Below, in pieces: positions 42,373 to 52,480 of a stretch of DNA of 64,000 bases (positions are counted from its first letter, which is position 1; every line of letters begins with the position of its first letter). Made by a program: the position numbers and the translations under genes. The DNA lies in assembly GCA_958295775.1 (NCBI GenBank), contig CATQHC010000002.1, forward strand, positions 653,663 through 717,662, given 5' to 3'. Under the pieces are notes generated by a model. That model saw only the letters and a program-made list of their open reading frames with translations, ran no database searches and had not been told where the DNA came from. The stretch comes from Chloroflexota bacterium. GTDB taxonomy: Bacteria; Chloroflexota; UBA11872; VXOZ01.

Positions 42373-42796
42373 CGCTTGTTCTCCTTGAGCCCATTTGCTG
42401 ATGGGCTATTTGAATGCTGGTGCTACTCAGCTCATCGATAGTCAATTGCGCGCCGCCGGCCACGCGCTTGAAGACGGTCGGATCACCGTCCACGCGGCCA
42501 AACACGTTTACGGGTGAGGCGGGGCGAATCTCGCTGCCGCGGCTCATAGGGGTAGGCCCAAAGAAGATGCAAAACGCATTCCCCGGCGGCCAGTAGCCGA
42601 GATCGCCCACTGCTACCAATTCCTGAGCGTCATCTTCCGCGAGCTCCACCGGAATGCGAAAGTAAATCTCATCTCCCCAGACGTTCGCGGTGCCTGCGAT
42701 TGGCAGCGCATCCCAAATTGCGTTGGCAGACGCTGAGTCATTCAAGCTTGCCGCAACTTTGACTTCGCCGCAGCGTATGCGAATTTGTCTTGCCAT
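42341..42796 (-). CDS. Cyclophilin-like-fold protein (DUF3830 family)
   Basis: Sequence pattern of DUF3830 (WGDEIYF, GDLGYWPPGNAFCIFFG); 32-nt overlap with the downstream gene. Confidence 0.55.
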   Translation of the reverse strand: MARQIRIRCGEVKVAASLNDSASANAIWDALPIAGTANVWGDEIYFRIPVELAEDDAQELVAVGDLGYWPPGNAFCIFFGPTPMSRGSEIRPASPVNVFGRVDGDPTVFKRVAGGAQLTIDELSSTSIQIAHQQMGSRRTSDGVRIGRRVW

Positions 42797-43047
42797 AGTT
42801 TCCTCACGCTAGCCGGAACCCGCAATTGCGCTCCTCATCTGTATCATGGGAAGAAGGGAATTGGCAAGCAATGCGTTCAAAGTATTGGGAGAGATGAGCG
42901 CAGGACTGTCAATTCATGTCATGCCTGGAGCAAGTTGAAAGTTCCTAGTCACGCGCTCTCACATCGGTCATGCGGGAAGCCCACAGACTTCCTCTTTCTA
43001 CAGACTCAAAATGACTTCCGTGCGACTTCTTGGGAGAGGAAAAATAC

Positions 43048-44856
43048 ATGACGAGAGTTGGCATCGAGAAGCTGCAGGGTCTCCTCGGAGAATATGGCCT
43101 GATAGTGCGCAGTATGCGGTTGTTTGCCGGGGCCGCACCCTGGCATACCGCCGTAATGCTCATAATCTCCCTCTTGCAACACCTACTCGAACCGCTTAGC
43201 GTCTGGTTCATGAAGTTCCTGGTTGATGCAGTCGTCGCTCAACAGGTGCAAACGGCGCTTGTAGTGGCGCTGCTGCTCGTTGCTTTCCGCATGAGTAGCT
43301 ATCTTGCATCGTGGGCATACGAGATTGTCACGCCGGGACAGCTCGATCGCTTGCAGTTCCAATTACAAACCCGGCTCATGTCGAAGGCGGTCTCGATTCA
43401 GGATCTTTCATTGTTTGAATCTCCTGAGTTCTACGACAAAATGCAGACGGCGAGCCAGGCCGCGAACCAGTGGGCGCAACGGCTCTTCATGAACACGCTG
43501 CAAGCGTTTTCGTACATTGTCGTAGTGCTGACTCTCTTTGGCTCGCTCTCCCTGCTCCACCCAATCGCGGCGGTCTTGGTGTTTGTTGCTACCATTCCTT
43601 CGTATCTTGCGCGCTTGAGACTGGGTGCGGAGAGCACCACCGTTTTTCGCTCGCAAGCGCCCTATCAGCGCAGGCTGAGCTACATTGCGCAAGTGCTCAC
43701 CACCCAGGACGCCGCCAAGGAAGTGCGCCTATTCGGTCTCGGCGAGTTCTTCATCAATTCCTATCGTGACGTGTTCAAGCAATCGTTCACGCTTGTCGAG
43801 AGTTTCCGCCGCCGTCAAGCGAGGATAGTGACGCTGCTCACCTTGACATCGCCGCTAACGGCCGGAGCAGTGCTCATTTACACGGTGTGGCGGGCAGCCC
43901 TCGGTGAAATAGGCGCCGGCAACCTCGTCCTCTATGTTGGGATCATCTTCTTAGTGCAGCAGAGCTTCTATTGGCTGCTCCAGCTTGCCGGCACGTTGCA
44001 TACATGTCAGCTCCATGTATCTCACCTGCTTGATTTCTTGGACTTGGAACCCCCAATGGCAGTGAATGAGGATTGTGGCAAGCGCGTGCCAGAGCCCATG
44101 CGCAACGGCATAGAGGTCAAGAATGTCTCGTTCGCATATCCGGGAACAGAGCGGACGGTTTTGAATGACGTGAGCTTTCGCGTGAGGCCGGGTGAGAGTG
44201 TCGCGCTGGTGGGCCATAACGGCGCCGGCAAGACAACTCTGGTGAAGCTGCTGTGCCGGCTGTACGATCCTACGCACGGCGGCGTGTATCTGGATGGCGT
44301 GGACTTGCGCGAATACAGCCTGGACAATCTCCGGCACAACATCACCGCGGTTTTTCAAGACTATGCCCAGTTCCACCTGACTGCAGCGGAGAACATCGGC
44401 GTCGCGAACTTGGACCGGATGCAAGATCACCCGGCGATTGTGCGGGCCGCCGCACAGGGCGGCGCCGATGAGGTAATTGCCCGACTGCCAAAGGGCTACG
44501 ACAGCCAGCTTGGCAGGGAATTTGAGGAGGGCTCCGAGCTATCGATCGGTGAGTGGCAAAAGCTCGCACTGGCCCGCGCCTTCTTTCGCGACGCCCAAAT
44601 CCTCATCCTGGACGAGCCCACGGCCGCACTCGACGTGCAGGCAGAATACGACGTCTACCAGAGGTTCAGTGAGCTCACGCAAGGCCGCAGCACAATCCTG
44701 ATTAGCCACCGCTTCTCTACTGTGCGTATGGCGGATCGGATTGTCGTGCTGGGAGAGGGTTCGATTGTCGAAGAAGGAAGCCACGCGCAACTCATGGCAC
44801 TGGGCGGCACGTACGCCGATCTTTATAGCAAGCAAGCGTCGTGGTATCGGGAATAG
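43048..44856 (+). CDS. ABC transporter ATP-binding/permease fusion (type I exporter, MsbA-like)
   Basis: 6-TM N-terminal domain, then Walker A GHNGAGKTT, signature LSIGEWQKLALARA, Walker B ILILDEPTAALD. Confidence 0.88.
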   Translation: MTRVGIEKLQGLLGEYGLIVRSMRLFAGAAPWHTAVMLIISLLQHLLEPLSVWFMKFLVDAVVAQQVQTALVVALLLVAFRMSSYLASWAYEIVTPGQLDRLQFQLQTRLMSKAVSIQDLSLFESPEFYDKMQTASQAANQWAQRLFMNTLQAFSYIVVVLTLFGSLSLLHPIAAVLVFVATIPSYLARLRLGAESTTVFRSQAPYQRRLSYIAQVLTTQDAAKEVRLFGLGEFFINSYRDVFKQSFTLVESFRRRQARIVTLLTLTSPLTAGAVLIYTVWRAALGEIGAGNLVLYVGIIFLVQQSFYWLLQLAGTLHTCQLHVSHLLDFLDLEPPMAVNEDCGKRVPEPMRNGIEVKNVSFAYPGTERTVLNDVSFRVRPGESVALVGHNGAGKTTLVKLLCRLYDPTHGGVYLDGVDLREYSLDNLRHNITAVFQDYAQFHLTAAENIGVANLDRMQDHPAIVRAAAQGGADEVIARLPKGYDSQLGREFEEGSELSIGEWQKLALARAFFRDAQILILDEPTAALDVQAEYDVYQRFSELTQGRSTILISHRFSTVRMADRIVVLGEGSIVEEGSHAQLMALGGTYADLYSKQASWYRE

Positions 44857-45006
44857 TCGCGACGGCGATGCAAAGGATAAGACAGCAATTCGCGTCCCGC
44901 GCTAACGCACAAAGCAACGCTTCATTTTAGTTTGAGCAACCCGACTGAAAGCGCAAATGCCAGTTATCCAACTCCTGTAGCGTCCACTCTCCAGCGCCTA
45001 ATGTTG

Positions 45007-46497
45007 CTAGTTGAGTTGTGCGCTGACAACGGACAGCCCGAGCGACGGCACAGTCAGCAGCAACTCTCCGTCAGCATTCACGGTCGCGCTTCCTGACGCC
45101 GGTCTAATCACATCGGGCCTTTCCCACGAGTTGTGCGACTTGGGGTCGTGGCCGGTGAGAACGGTGACGTTGACTCTGGGATCTACTCGAAGGCTGTCAA
45201 GAGATATCCGGACATCAAGATCCTGTTGGAGGCTTCTGTTGACAATGAATACGGAAATCTTGTGTGTTGCCGGGTCATGGCTCGCCGAGACATCCAGCAT
45301 CGGCGCCTCACCTCTAGAACCGGCTTCGTAGGTCGGCCCCTCAACAATGGGGGAAAGCGAAAAACCCCGCGCGTGTTCGGAATAGAACTGCAACGGATAG
45401 AAGATACTTTGGATTAGCATGCCGTCGGGCTTTGTCAAAATAGGGGCTATGACGTTGACTATCTGCGCAAGGCAGGCAATCTTTACGGTGTCGGCATGGC
45501 GCACGAAGCTATTCAGGAACTGGGCACAGACCAGCGCATCCTCAAGGTTGTAGACCTCTTCGAGCAAGTGGGGTGCGCGGCTCCAGGCTCCGTCTCCCTG
45601 ACGGTCCTTGTACCAGACATTCCACTCGTCGAACGCGACGTAGACTCGCTTGTCGCTCTTCTTGACGCCGCGCACGTAGGCGAGCAGACCGGCGTAGTCT
45701 TTCAGAATCCGGTCGATCTCCACGCCCTCGGCCAGGAACCACGCGCTATCATCGTCGTAGTTACGGCTGTAGCGATGTGCAGAGACATACTCCACGTCGT
45801 CCCAGCAGGACTCCAGTACGACGCGATCCCATTCCAGGTACGTGTCCATGTAACGCCCTGAGGTGCCGCACGCCACGAGCTCGATCGTAGGATCCAGCCC
45901 CTTCATGAGGCGGGCGGCTTGCTGTGCCTTGACCGCGTACTCACCAGCCGAGCAATGGCCAGCCTGCCAGGGACCGTCCATCTCGTTACCAAGACACCAG
46001 AGCTTTACGCCATGAGGGTCGGCGCTGCCATTCTCACGTCGCGCATTCGCATAATGCGTGCCGCCCGGCAGGTTGCAATACTCGACCAATTCTGCCGCAT
46101 CCCGGGATCCCAACGTGCCGAGATTTACCGCCATCATGGGCTCTATATCCATCCAGCGGCACCAGCGCACAAATTCATCAACGCCAAACGTGTTTGGCTC
46201 GATGCTCCGCCACGCGAAGTCCGGCCGCACGGGACGCTGGTCTTGTGGGCCCACCCCGTCGCGCCAATCGTAATTGCTGACGAAATTCCCGCCCGGATAG
46301 CGAACATACGGCATGGCTAGTTTCCGCAGCGCAGCCGCCACGTCGGTCCGAAACCCATCTGAGTTGCTCAGCGGATTGCCGGGATCGAAGACGCCCTCGT
46401 ACACCGCCCTACCCAGGTGCTCCAAGAAACCGCTGAATATACGCCGATCTATCTCTCCCACGTGGTGATCGAGATCCAAGCGAATTGATGCTACCAT
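45007..46497 (-). CDS. Alpha-L-arabinofuranosidase (GH51)
   Basis: GH51 N-terminal FLEHLGRAVYEGVFDP and catalytic GNE/E motifs; ~500 aa. Confidence 0.85.
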   Translation of the reverse strand: MVASIRLDLDHHVGEIDRRIFSGFLEHLGRAVYEGVFDPGNPLSNSDGFRTDVAAALRKLAMPYVRYPGGNFVSNYDWRDGVGPQDQRPVRPDFAWRSIEPNTFGVDEFVRWCRWMDIEPMMAVNLGTLGSRDAAELVEYCNLPGGTHYANARRENGSADPHGVKLWCLGNEMDGPWQAGHCSAGEYAVKAQQAARLMKGLDPTIELVACGTSGRYMDTYLEWDRVVLESCWDDVEYVSAHRYSRNYDDDSAWFLAEGVEIDRILKDYAGLLAYVRGVKKSDKRVYVAFDEWNVWYKDRQGDGAWSRAPHLLEEVYNLEDALVCAQFLNSFVRHADTVKIACLAQIVNVIAPILTKPDGMLIQSIFYPLQFYSEHARGFSLSPIVEGPTYEAGSRGEAPMLDVSASHDPATHKISVFIVNRSLQQDLDVRISLDSLRVDPRVNVTVLTGHDPKSHNSWERPDVIRPASGSATVNADGELLLTVPSLGLSVVSAQLN

Positions 46498-46607
46498 CCA
46501 AAACTCCGTAGGAATCGTGCCATCCGAAGGCGCAATCGGTCAGTTGAGCGATCACTCAAGTGTGTAGCATTGTTCAATTGATCAGGGTCAAACTCAATTG
46601 AAATGAC

Positions 46608-47411
46608 CTAGAAACTAGCAGTATTTGGGAGATCCACTCGAACCTTCTCGATAAGCGAAAGCAATTCCGAATAGGTGTTGGGCCCGCCAATGTAGTCCCA
46701 TAGCTCGCTGCCAATTAAGACCTGCTTCTCCATGTCCATTATTTGTTTTGTAAATGAGTGCCCATAGCGATCCCGCGTCACGTAAGGGTTATAGGTCAGG
46801 CCCAGATACGCCCTGGATCTATCGATTCCTCGTCTGTTCATTATGGTCAAGTAATACAGCAGCTTTCTCTTAGACTCTGCAGCAACATCCAGATTAGGGA
46901 GAGGACTCTTCAACTCAACAAGCAAGGGCCCTTGTTCAAAGTCATCTATGTATAGGTCGGCAGTTACCGATCTATTTGACTGTCCACCACCACGCGAATA
47001 AAGGATGTCTCCCATCTCGCCCTCATGGTCAGGTCTTCTCGGAGACTCCCGTTGAGATTGAGGCGTCCGGAGCTCGGTCACAATCTGCTCGATCATATTT
47101 ATAGCTGCATCGTTTACAGTGCCTTCAACAACGTGCTCCGTGTGAACACTCTTGAATCGACCAAACGCAACGGCTTTGGCCAGAGCTGGGTAAAGCCTCG
47201 TGCCCATCGATGTCACAACACTCCGCTCAACCCTGGCCGCCAAGATTGCTTCTTCAGGAAAGAAAATCTGGTGGAACGGATATCCGAGTCTTATGTCTTC
47301 GATCGTCCACTTGCTCAGTTTGGGAATCTGACTTGCAGCAAACTCCCTTAGGACACCAAAGACAGCGTCTCTTGTCGTGGAATTCAACCCTACTATCCTT
47401 TTGCCGCCCAA
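46608..47411 (-). CDS. Putative type II restriction endonuclease (PD-(D/E)xK-like), low GC
   Basis: 267 aa, D...(E)LK core (DLYIDDFEQGPLLVELKS); immediately downstream of and overlapping a DNA methyltransferase gene; GC ~50% versus ~62% flanks. Confidence 0.6.
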   Translation of the reverse strand: MGGKRIVGLNSTTRDAVFGVLREFAASQIPKLSKWTIEDIRLGYPFHQIFFPEEAILAARVERSVVTSMGTRLYPALAKAVAFGRFKSVHTEHVVEGTVNDAAINMIEQIVTELRTPQSQRESPRRPDHEGEMGDILYSRGGGQSNRSVTADLYIDDFEQGPLLVELKSPLPNLDVAAESKRKLLYYLTIMNRRGIDRSRAYLGLTYNPYVTRDRYGHSFTKQIMDMEKQVLIGSELWDYIGGPNTYSELLSLIEKVRVDLPNTASF

Positions 47412-48619
47412 ATCAGAACGCTCTCGAAGAAATCTCCAGCCCTTCTTCCCGTCCTTCTGTTTACGTGTCTCTCAAGCCTAGTCTCAAGAGACACTCCAAT
47501 TTGCTCCTGGACTGTCTCGTAGAGACCATACTTGTCGTTGACGATAACCACCATTCGACCGTCTTTGGAGAGGCTCCTCTTGACATTCTCAAACGACTCG
47601 ATCATCTTTTTGACGTACTCAGCTTGCGCTCTCTGCGAGCTTCCATTCGTGGCTGGACCAATCTCCTCCTCAGCCTTCCACTCTAGACCCAGCAACTCGT
47701 ATGCATACCTATGTTGCTCATGATAGTCAATAAGCCCCACATATGGTGGCGAGGTGACTACAAGGTCGTACTTTGGGAACTGGGCTCTTCTCGTGTCGTC
47801 AGTAGCTATGAGTGTGGCCACATTTTTGCGAACATCAGCAAACTCACGAATTCGTTTGAGTGTATCGTTGCTATATCGTTTCAAAAACTGTGCAGAGTTT
47901 TTTGTTGGTCTGCAGGTTCGGCTATGTTTATAGCAGTAATAGGGTTCAGTTTGAGGCTGCTTTGGAAAGTCGAGGTCAAAATGCGTTGTAAGGCGCGCCG
48001 ACCTGGCTGCCCTTGATAAGATCACCCTGAGGACGTCACTGTAAGTGTAATCTTCAATGTGCTTCCGGTATGCTAGCAACGAACCTAGTGCTTGAGGCGC
48101 AAACCACGACTGTAGGTAGTCACTCACGTTATACTCGGCTTTTTGTTCAAGCAACGAGAGTTGGTTAGTGCCAAGCGCCCTCTTCAACGCATCGTTAATC
48201 TCATACTCAAGTAGACTTAGGTCGTACTTGCCTGTCTTTACTCGGGTCATTAGGGTGTTGAATTCGGAAATATCACACCCTATCGCATTTATCCCTAGCG
48301 ACGCCGCTTCAACCAAGGTTGTGCCCGAGCCGCAAAATGGATCACAGACCGTTGTAGGCTCAAATTTGCGTAGGAATATCTCGACCAACTGGGGAACGAA
48401 CTTTCCAAGATAGGGATGAAGGCGATGGACATGTTTCGTCCGAATTCGCTCCGGCAAGTCGCTTTCGCGCCAGTTGAGATTGAGGACTTCTAGCTTCGTA
48501 CTTGACCTAACTGAATCGAACGCGGTGAACGGGTCCGTTTGATAATCGGGATCGTACCCATATGACCTGTCGGCGCCAAGAGGTGATGTAGATGAGAGAT
48601 TGGTCTTGGTCTGCTTCAT
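47393..48619 (-). CDS. Site-specific DNA methyltransferase (N4-C or N6-A, amino-MTase)
   Basis: Motif I DPFCGSGTT and motif IV SPPY; low GC; start chosen at MKQTKT (ATGA overlap with the upstream stop); longer alternative starts at 48655. Confidence 0.8.
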   Translation of the reverse strand: MKQTKTNLSSTSPLGADRSYGYDPDYQTDPFTAFDSVRSSTKLEVLNLNWRESDLPERIRTKHVHRLHPYLGKFVPQLVEIFLRKFEPTTVCDPFCGSGTTLVEAASLGINAIGCDISEFNTLMTRVKTGKYDLSLLEYEINDALKRALGTNQLSLLEQKAEYNVSDYLQSWFAPQALGSLLAYRKHIEDYTYSDVLRVILSRAARSARLTTHFDLDFPKQPQTEPYYCYKHSRTCRPTKNSAQFLKRYSNDTLKRIREFADVRKNVATLIATDDTRRAQFPKYDLVVTSPPYVGLIDYHEQHRYAYELLGLEWKAEEEIGPATNGSSQRAQAEYVKKMIESFENVKRSLSKDGRMVVIVNDKYGLYETVQEQIGVSLETRLERHVNRRTGRRAGDFFESVLIWAAKG

Positions 48620-49797
48620 AGAGAAACAGTAACCCATCCGAGTTCTTCCCGCCAATTCGGCGCAACGTCGCCGAACCTATCCATGCGCAATCCGCTTATG
48701 TCAACGCTCGTATCGCCGTGGAGCGCCAATTCGCTCACGACCCTGCCTGTGGCGCCTGCGATGGCGAAGCCATGGGCCGACGCGGAGACAAACACAAAGT
48801 TGCTCGGATTGTCGAGGATGTCAATGATTGGCAGGGAGTCCGGTGCCTGTTCTATCACGCCGGCCCAGCTCCGGATTACCGGCACGTCCGCCACCCCTGG
48901 GAACAAGTCTGCCAGCCGCCTGGCTATGTTTCGAATGAGCGGCGTGTTGGGCTTGCTGGGATCGGAGGTCAGATCCACATCGATCCATTCGTGGGGCCCC
49001 CCTCCATAGAGCAGGTTGCCCTTCTTAGCCTGGCGCCCGTAGAGTCCGTTTCCCACCAGGGCGAATTGAAAGAGTGGCTCTAAGGGAGCGGTGGCAATAA
49101 TCTCTGCCCGTGCCGTTGCGAGCGGAACGCGCACGCCCACCATCTCTAAAAACAACGCAGTTTGCGGTCCGGCAGCACATACAACCGTGTCGGTCTCAAT
49201 GGCGCCGGCGGTCGTCTCAACCGCTGAGACCCTCTCGCCGGCGAGCTTGAAACCCGTGGCGGCGGTATGCTGGTAGAGCTTGCCGCCCCGGTCTTGAAAG
49301 GCCCAGGCAAATGCCTGGACTGATCGTTGAGGGTTCGCGTGCGCGCCCTTCGGGAAAAAGATCCCGCCGAGCGATCTATCGGTGACGTACGGCGCCATGT
49401 CCTTGATTTCGGATGGGTCCAACACGTCCACTTGTACGCCGAAACGTTCCCCTACCTCTCGTTCGGTCAGGTAGCGGTCCATTTCCGGTTCGGATACGGC
49501 TATTTGGAGCCTGCCTGCTTGCACGAACTCAGTGGGATAGCCCAGCTCATCGTCCAGCATCTCCCATAGTTTCACAGACTCCACCGCCAACGGCACCAAA
49601 GCCGGCTCGTCAGTTCGCTCGCTGATCATCCCGCCGTTGCGCCCGGAAGCCTCGGCTCCGACGACACTCTTCTCGACGACGACGACATCCTTGCCCGCCT
49701 TGGCCAGATAATAGGCTGTGCTGAGGCCCGAAATGCCACCGCCAATGACGACTACGTCTGCTCTGTTGCTAGGCATGCTGCCACTCCGCTGATCCAC
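48616..49797 (-). CDS. FAD-dependent oxidoreductase, sarcosine-oxidase-beta / HcnC / OoxB-like
   Basis: VVIGGGISG dinucleotide motif, DAO-family architecture, ~390 aa. Confidence 0.8.
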   Translation of the reverse strand: MDQRSGSMPSNRADVVVIGGGISGLSTAYYLAKAGKDVVVVEKSVVGAEASGRNGGMISERTDEPALVPLAVESVKLWEMLDDELGYPTEFVQAGRLQIAVSEPEMDRYLTEREVGERFGVQVDVLDPSEIKDMAPYVTDRSLGGIFFPKGAHANPQRSVQAFAWAFQDRGGKLYQHTAATGFKLAGERVSAVETTAGAIETDTVVCAAGPQTALFLEMVGVRVPLATARAEIIATAPLEPLFQFALVGNGLYGRQAKKGNLLYGGGPHEWIDVDLTSDPSKPNTPLIRNIARRLADLFPGVADVPVIRSWAGVIEQAPDSLPIIDILDNPSNFVFVSASAHGFAIAGATGRVVSELALHGDTSVDISGLRMDRFGDVAPNWREELGWVTVSL

Positions 49798-49807
49798 TGA
49801 TCATTGC

Positions 49808-51340
49808 CTACCCCAACACTCTACTCACGGGAATGAACCACTTCACCCAATTCTCGCGCATTTGCTCCGTCTCATCGTGCGGCCACATGACACTCAGCGA
49901 CAAAGGTCGCACCGGCGGTCGAATTGACATTTGCGGAATTTCTGCTATATCGGTACCGGACTCTGCAGCAAGCAGCAGTGATACTTGCTCAAGGCAACGC
50001 CGGCCCTGGCAGTGGCCCATTCCCACCCGCGTCAGACGCCTGACCTGGTCCGGATTGACCGGTCCGTCCAGCAACTGTGTCTGAACGCTCCGGTTGCCCA
50101 TCTGCTCCGATTGCCAGTCCAAGTACCGCGGCGGCTCCAAGTCTATGAGCTCAGCCCGCGTGACCTTCTCGCACTCGCAGGCATTGACTTCCAACCCACC
50201 GGCGTTGACGAGACTTTGCAGCCACTGCATCCAAGTCGAGTGCGCCTCAGTTGGTGATGCGGTGACTTCCCTAGCCTGAATCTCAGATCTGCGAGCAAGG
50301 GACTGCTCCCTATCAATAGCGCCTAGTGACTTGGCGGCCGCAATGCCGGCGAGGCGACCTTGGTTTCGCGCTATCTCAGGGTTAAGGATCATATCGTCGT
50401 GTACACCGGCGGCGTCGCCAGCGACGAATACAGTGTCGTCGCTAGTTCGCATCCACTCATCGTGACTAGGCACGTATCCGCCCAGCTCAGACTTGAAAGT
50501 AGTATTGCAACCCAGGAGACTGAGGAGCTCTATGTTAGGTACGAGACCGATTGCGACGCAGACGGTGTCGGCGGCGACGGCCTTCTCAGAGCCGTCAATT
50601 GGTTCGTACTGGTCGTCGATCTCAACCAGCACGACGGACTCTATCTCAGCGTCGTTGCCGGCGGCTACCTTAACGGTGTGAGACGTGTATAGCTCTACAC
50701 CCTCTTCCAGTAACCCCGCCAAAAGGGCCTCGTCGCCGCGTGCGGAGGAGGACACGTCCACAATTGCCGCAACCTCGATTCCACAATTCAGCGCCATCCT
50801 GGCAGTGTTGAGACCCAGGTTGCCTGAACCCAAGACCACCATGCGCCGCGCGTTCAATGCCTGGTATTGACTCAGCAACGCGTGGGCGCCGTTGGCTCCC
50901 ATAGCCCCTACCAAGTTCGACCCGGCAAAAGACATGCTCAAGTCTCGGGAACCTGCTGCAACAATGAGCCGGTCGTACTTGATCACCCACGACCGTTTGT
51001 AGTCAGACAAGCCAAGTTGCGGGCCGTCCAGTGCCCGGCTGGTGTCCGTATTGCGAAAGGCGCCCCACACGCACGTGCCGAGTTGAACGTCGACGCCGGC
51101 TGCCTTGGCTGCCGACAGCGCGCCATTAGTCGCAGCCACTCTCTCCAGCATCACGTCCCGGTTGCTGACCGTGTCTGAAAACCGTTTGCCGAAGAACTGA
51201 GGAACGTCCAAGCCCAGCATGGACTCACTGATGGGGTTCTCATCAATGAGCGTTACCTGTACGCCGGCCTGGGCCGCTGCGATGGCAGCAGCCGTCCCGG
51301 CCGCGCCCGCTCCCACCACTACCAGTTGTTTGGACACCAT
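49808..51340 (-). CDS. NAD(P)/FAD-dependent oxidoreductase with C-terminal BFD-like [2Fe-2S] domain (HcnB/OoxA/SoxA-like)
   Basis: Two Rossmann GxGxxG motifs (VVGAGAAG; VLGSGNLG) and C-terminal CxC...CxxRC cluster (CECEKV...GHCQGRRC). Confidence 0.8.
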   Translation of the reverse strand: MVSKQLVVVGAGAAGTAAAIAAAQAGVQVTLIDENPISESMLGLDVPQFFGKRFSDTVSNRDVMLERVAATNGALSAAKAAGVDVQLGTCVWGAFRNTDTSRALDGPQLGLSDYKRSWVIKYDRLIVAAGSRDLSMSFAGSNLVGAMGANGAHALLSQYQALNARRMVVLGSGNLGLNTARMALNCGIEVAAIVDVSSSARGDEALLAGLLEEGVELYTSHTVKVAAGNDAEIESVVLVEIDDQYEPIDGSEKAVAADTVCVAIGLVPNIELLSLLGCNTTFKSELGGYVPSHDEWMRTSDDTVFVAGDAAGVHDDMILNPEIARNQGRLAGIAAAKSLGAIDREQSLARRSEIQAREVTASPTEAHSTWMQWLQSLVNAGGLEVNACECEKVTRAELIDLEPPRYLDWQSEQMGNRSVQTQLLDGPVNPDQVRRLTRVGMGHCQGRRCLEQVSLLLAAESGTDIAEIPQMSIRPPVRPLSLSVMWPHDETEQMRENWVKWFIPVSRVLG

Positions 51341-51418
51341 ATAAGACCCTCCTGTAGAACTGAAGGCCTATTCTACGCTAGATATTCTAGGACATACGTG
51401 AACGAAATTCTGGATGAG

Positions 51419-52480
51419 CTAGACGCCGGCGCGTGTGGAGGCTATCTCATCAGGCAGAGCGCCCGACAAGGCCTCGATGTAGTTGGGACCAAATCCACAG
51501 CACGTCCCTATGACCTGGGTTCCCATGTCAACCCATTTGGCGGCTACGTGCGTCAAGGCTTCGGCAGACTCTTCGTTGCCGATACTGCCATCCTGCCAAG
51601 TGTCAAGATAGTCTTCCCTGCCTGCGTCCGGATACGCCAGAATAGGGCCCGGCCACTGATCGATGACGACCTGAAGCGCCTTTGTGGTATCGCTTACTCT
51701 GCTATGAAACACACCGAGTACATCGGGCCCCACCTGGGCGATCTCGCTGACGGCCTGGGCCAATGTCTTTTCATTGTCAACCGGCCGCCAAGTGGAAGTC
51801 CACATCGGCATTCCCAAGCCAATACTGTAATTGCGATCATCGGCAAAATCCATCCTGACCGTCTGACCGTCAGGCGCCAGTGATGCCGTAAATGCCACCC
51901 ATACCGGCAGACCGGTGCTCTTGGCCGCCTCAGCGGCAATTGCCCTGGATTCGTTGTCGGCCCACAGGTTTTCAATCAGAAAAAAGTCCACCCCGGATTC
52001 AGCCAGAATGTCCGCCTGCTCTTTGGCGTGAAAACTCAACTCCTCCACCGAGAGACTGGCGCCGTAGCCATAGCCGGTGCCGCCCAGGAGTGTCCCCGTC
52101 TTGCGGTCGCGAATCGGAATGCGGCACGAGATTGAGCCGGCGATGTACACAGGCCTGTCGCCAGCAGCCCGTTCCCTGGCCTCCAGCGCTGAATCCACGG
52201 CGCGGATGTTGACCTCGCGCACCAATTCTCCGTAACCGGAAGCCTCTAGAGCGGGACGGAGCGTGTTGAATGTGTTCGTGGTGATTATGTCGGCCCCTGC
52301 CCGTATATACCGCTCGTGCATCTGCCGCACGGTTATCGGGTGGGTATAGCTCCCGGGGCCGCACCACGAGGCCGGGTCCATCGGCACACCCATGGCCTGG
52401 AGCTCTGTCCCAATAGCCCCGTCCAAAACAACCACGTCGCCCTGGTCCAACCGCCTCTTCAACTCATCATAGTTGGCCAT
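51419..52480 (-). CDS. Homocysteine S-methyltransferase-domain protein (MmuM/BHMT-like)
   Basis: N-terminal LDGAIGTEL motif and zinc-binding Cys...GTCCG motif typical of the Hcy-binding domain. Confidence 0.8.
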   Translation of the reverse strand: MANYDELKRRLDQGDVVVLDGAIGTELQAMGVPMDPASWCGPGSYTHPITVRQMHERYIRAGADIITTNTFNTLRPALEASGYGELVREVNIRAVDSALEARERAAGDRPVYIAGSISCRIPIRDRKTGTLLGGTGYGYGASLSVEELSFHAKEQADILAESGVDFFLIENLWADNESRAIAAEAAKSTGLPVWVAFTASLAPDGQTVRMDFADDRNYSIGLGMPMWTSTWRPVDNEKTLAQAVSEIAQVGPDVLGVFHSRVSDTTKALQVVIDQWPGPILAYPDAGREDYLDTWQDGSIGNEESAEALTHVAAKWVDMGTQVIGTCCGFGPNYIEALSGALPDEIASTRAGV

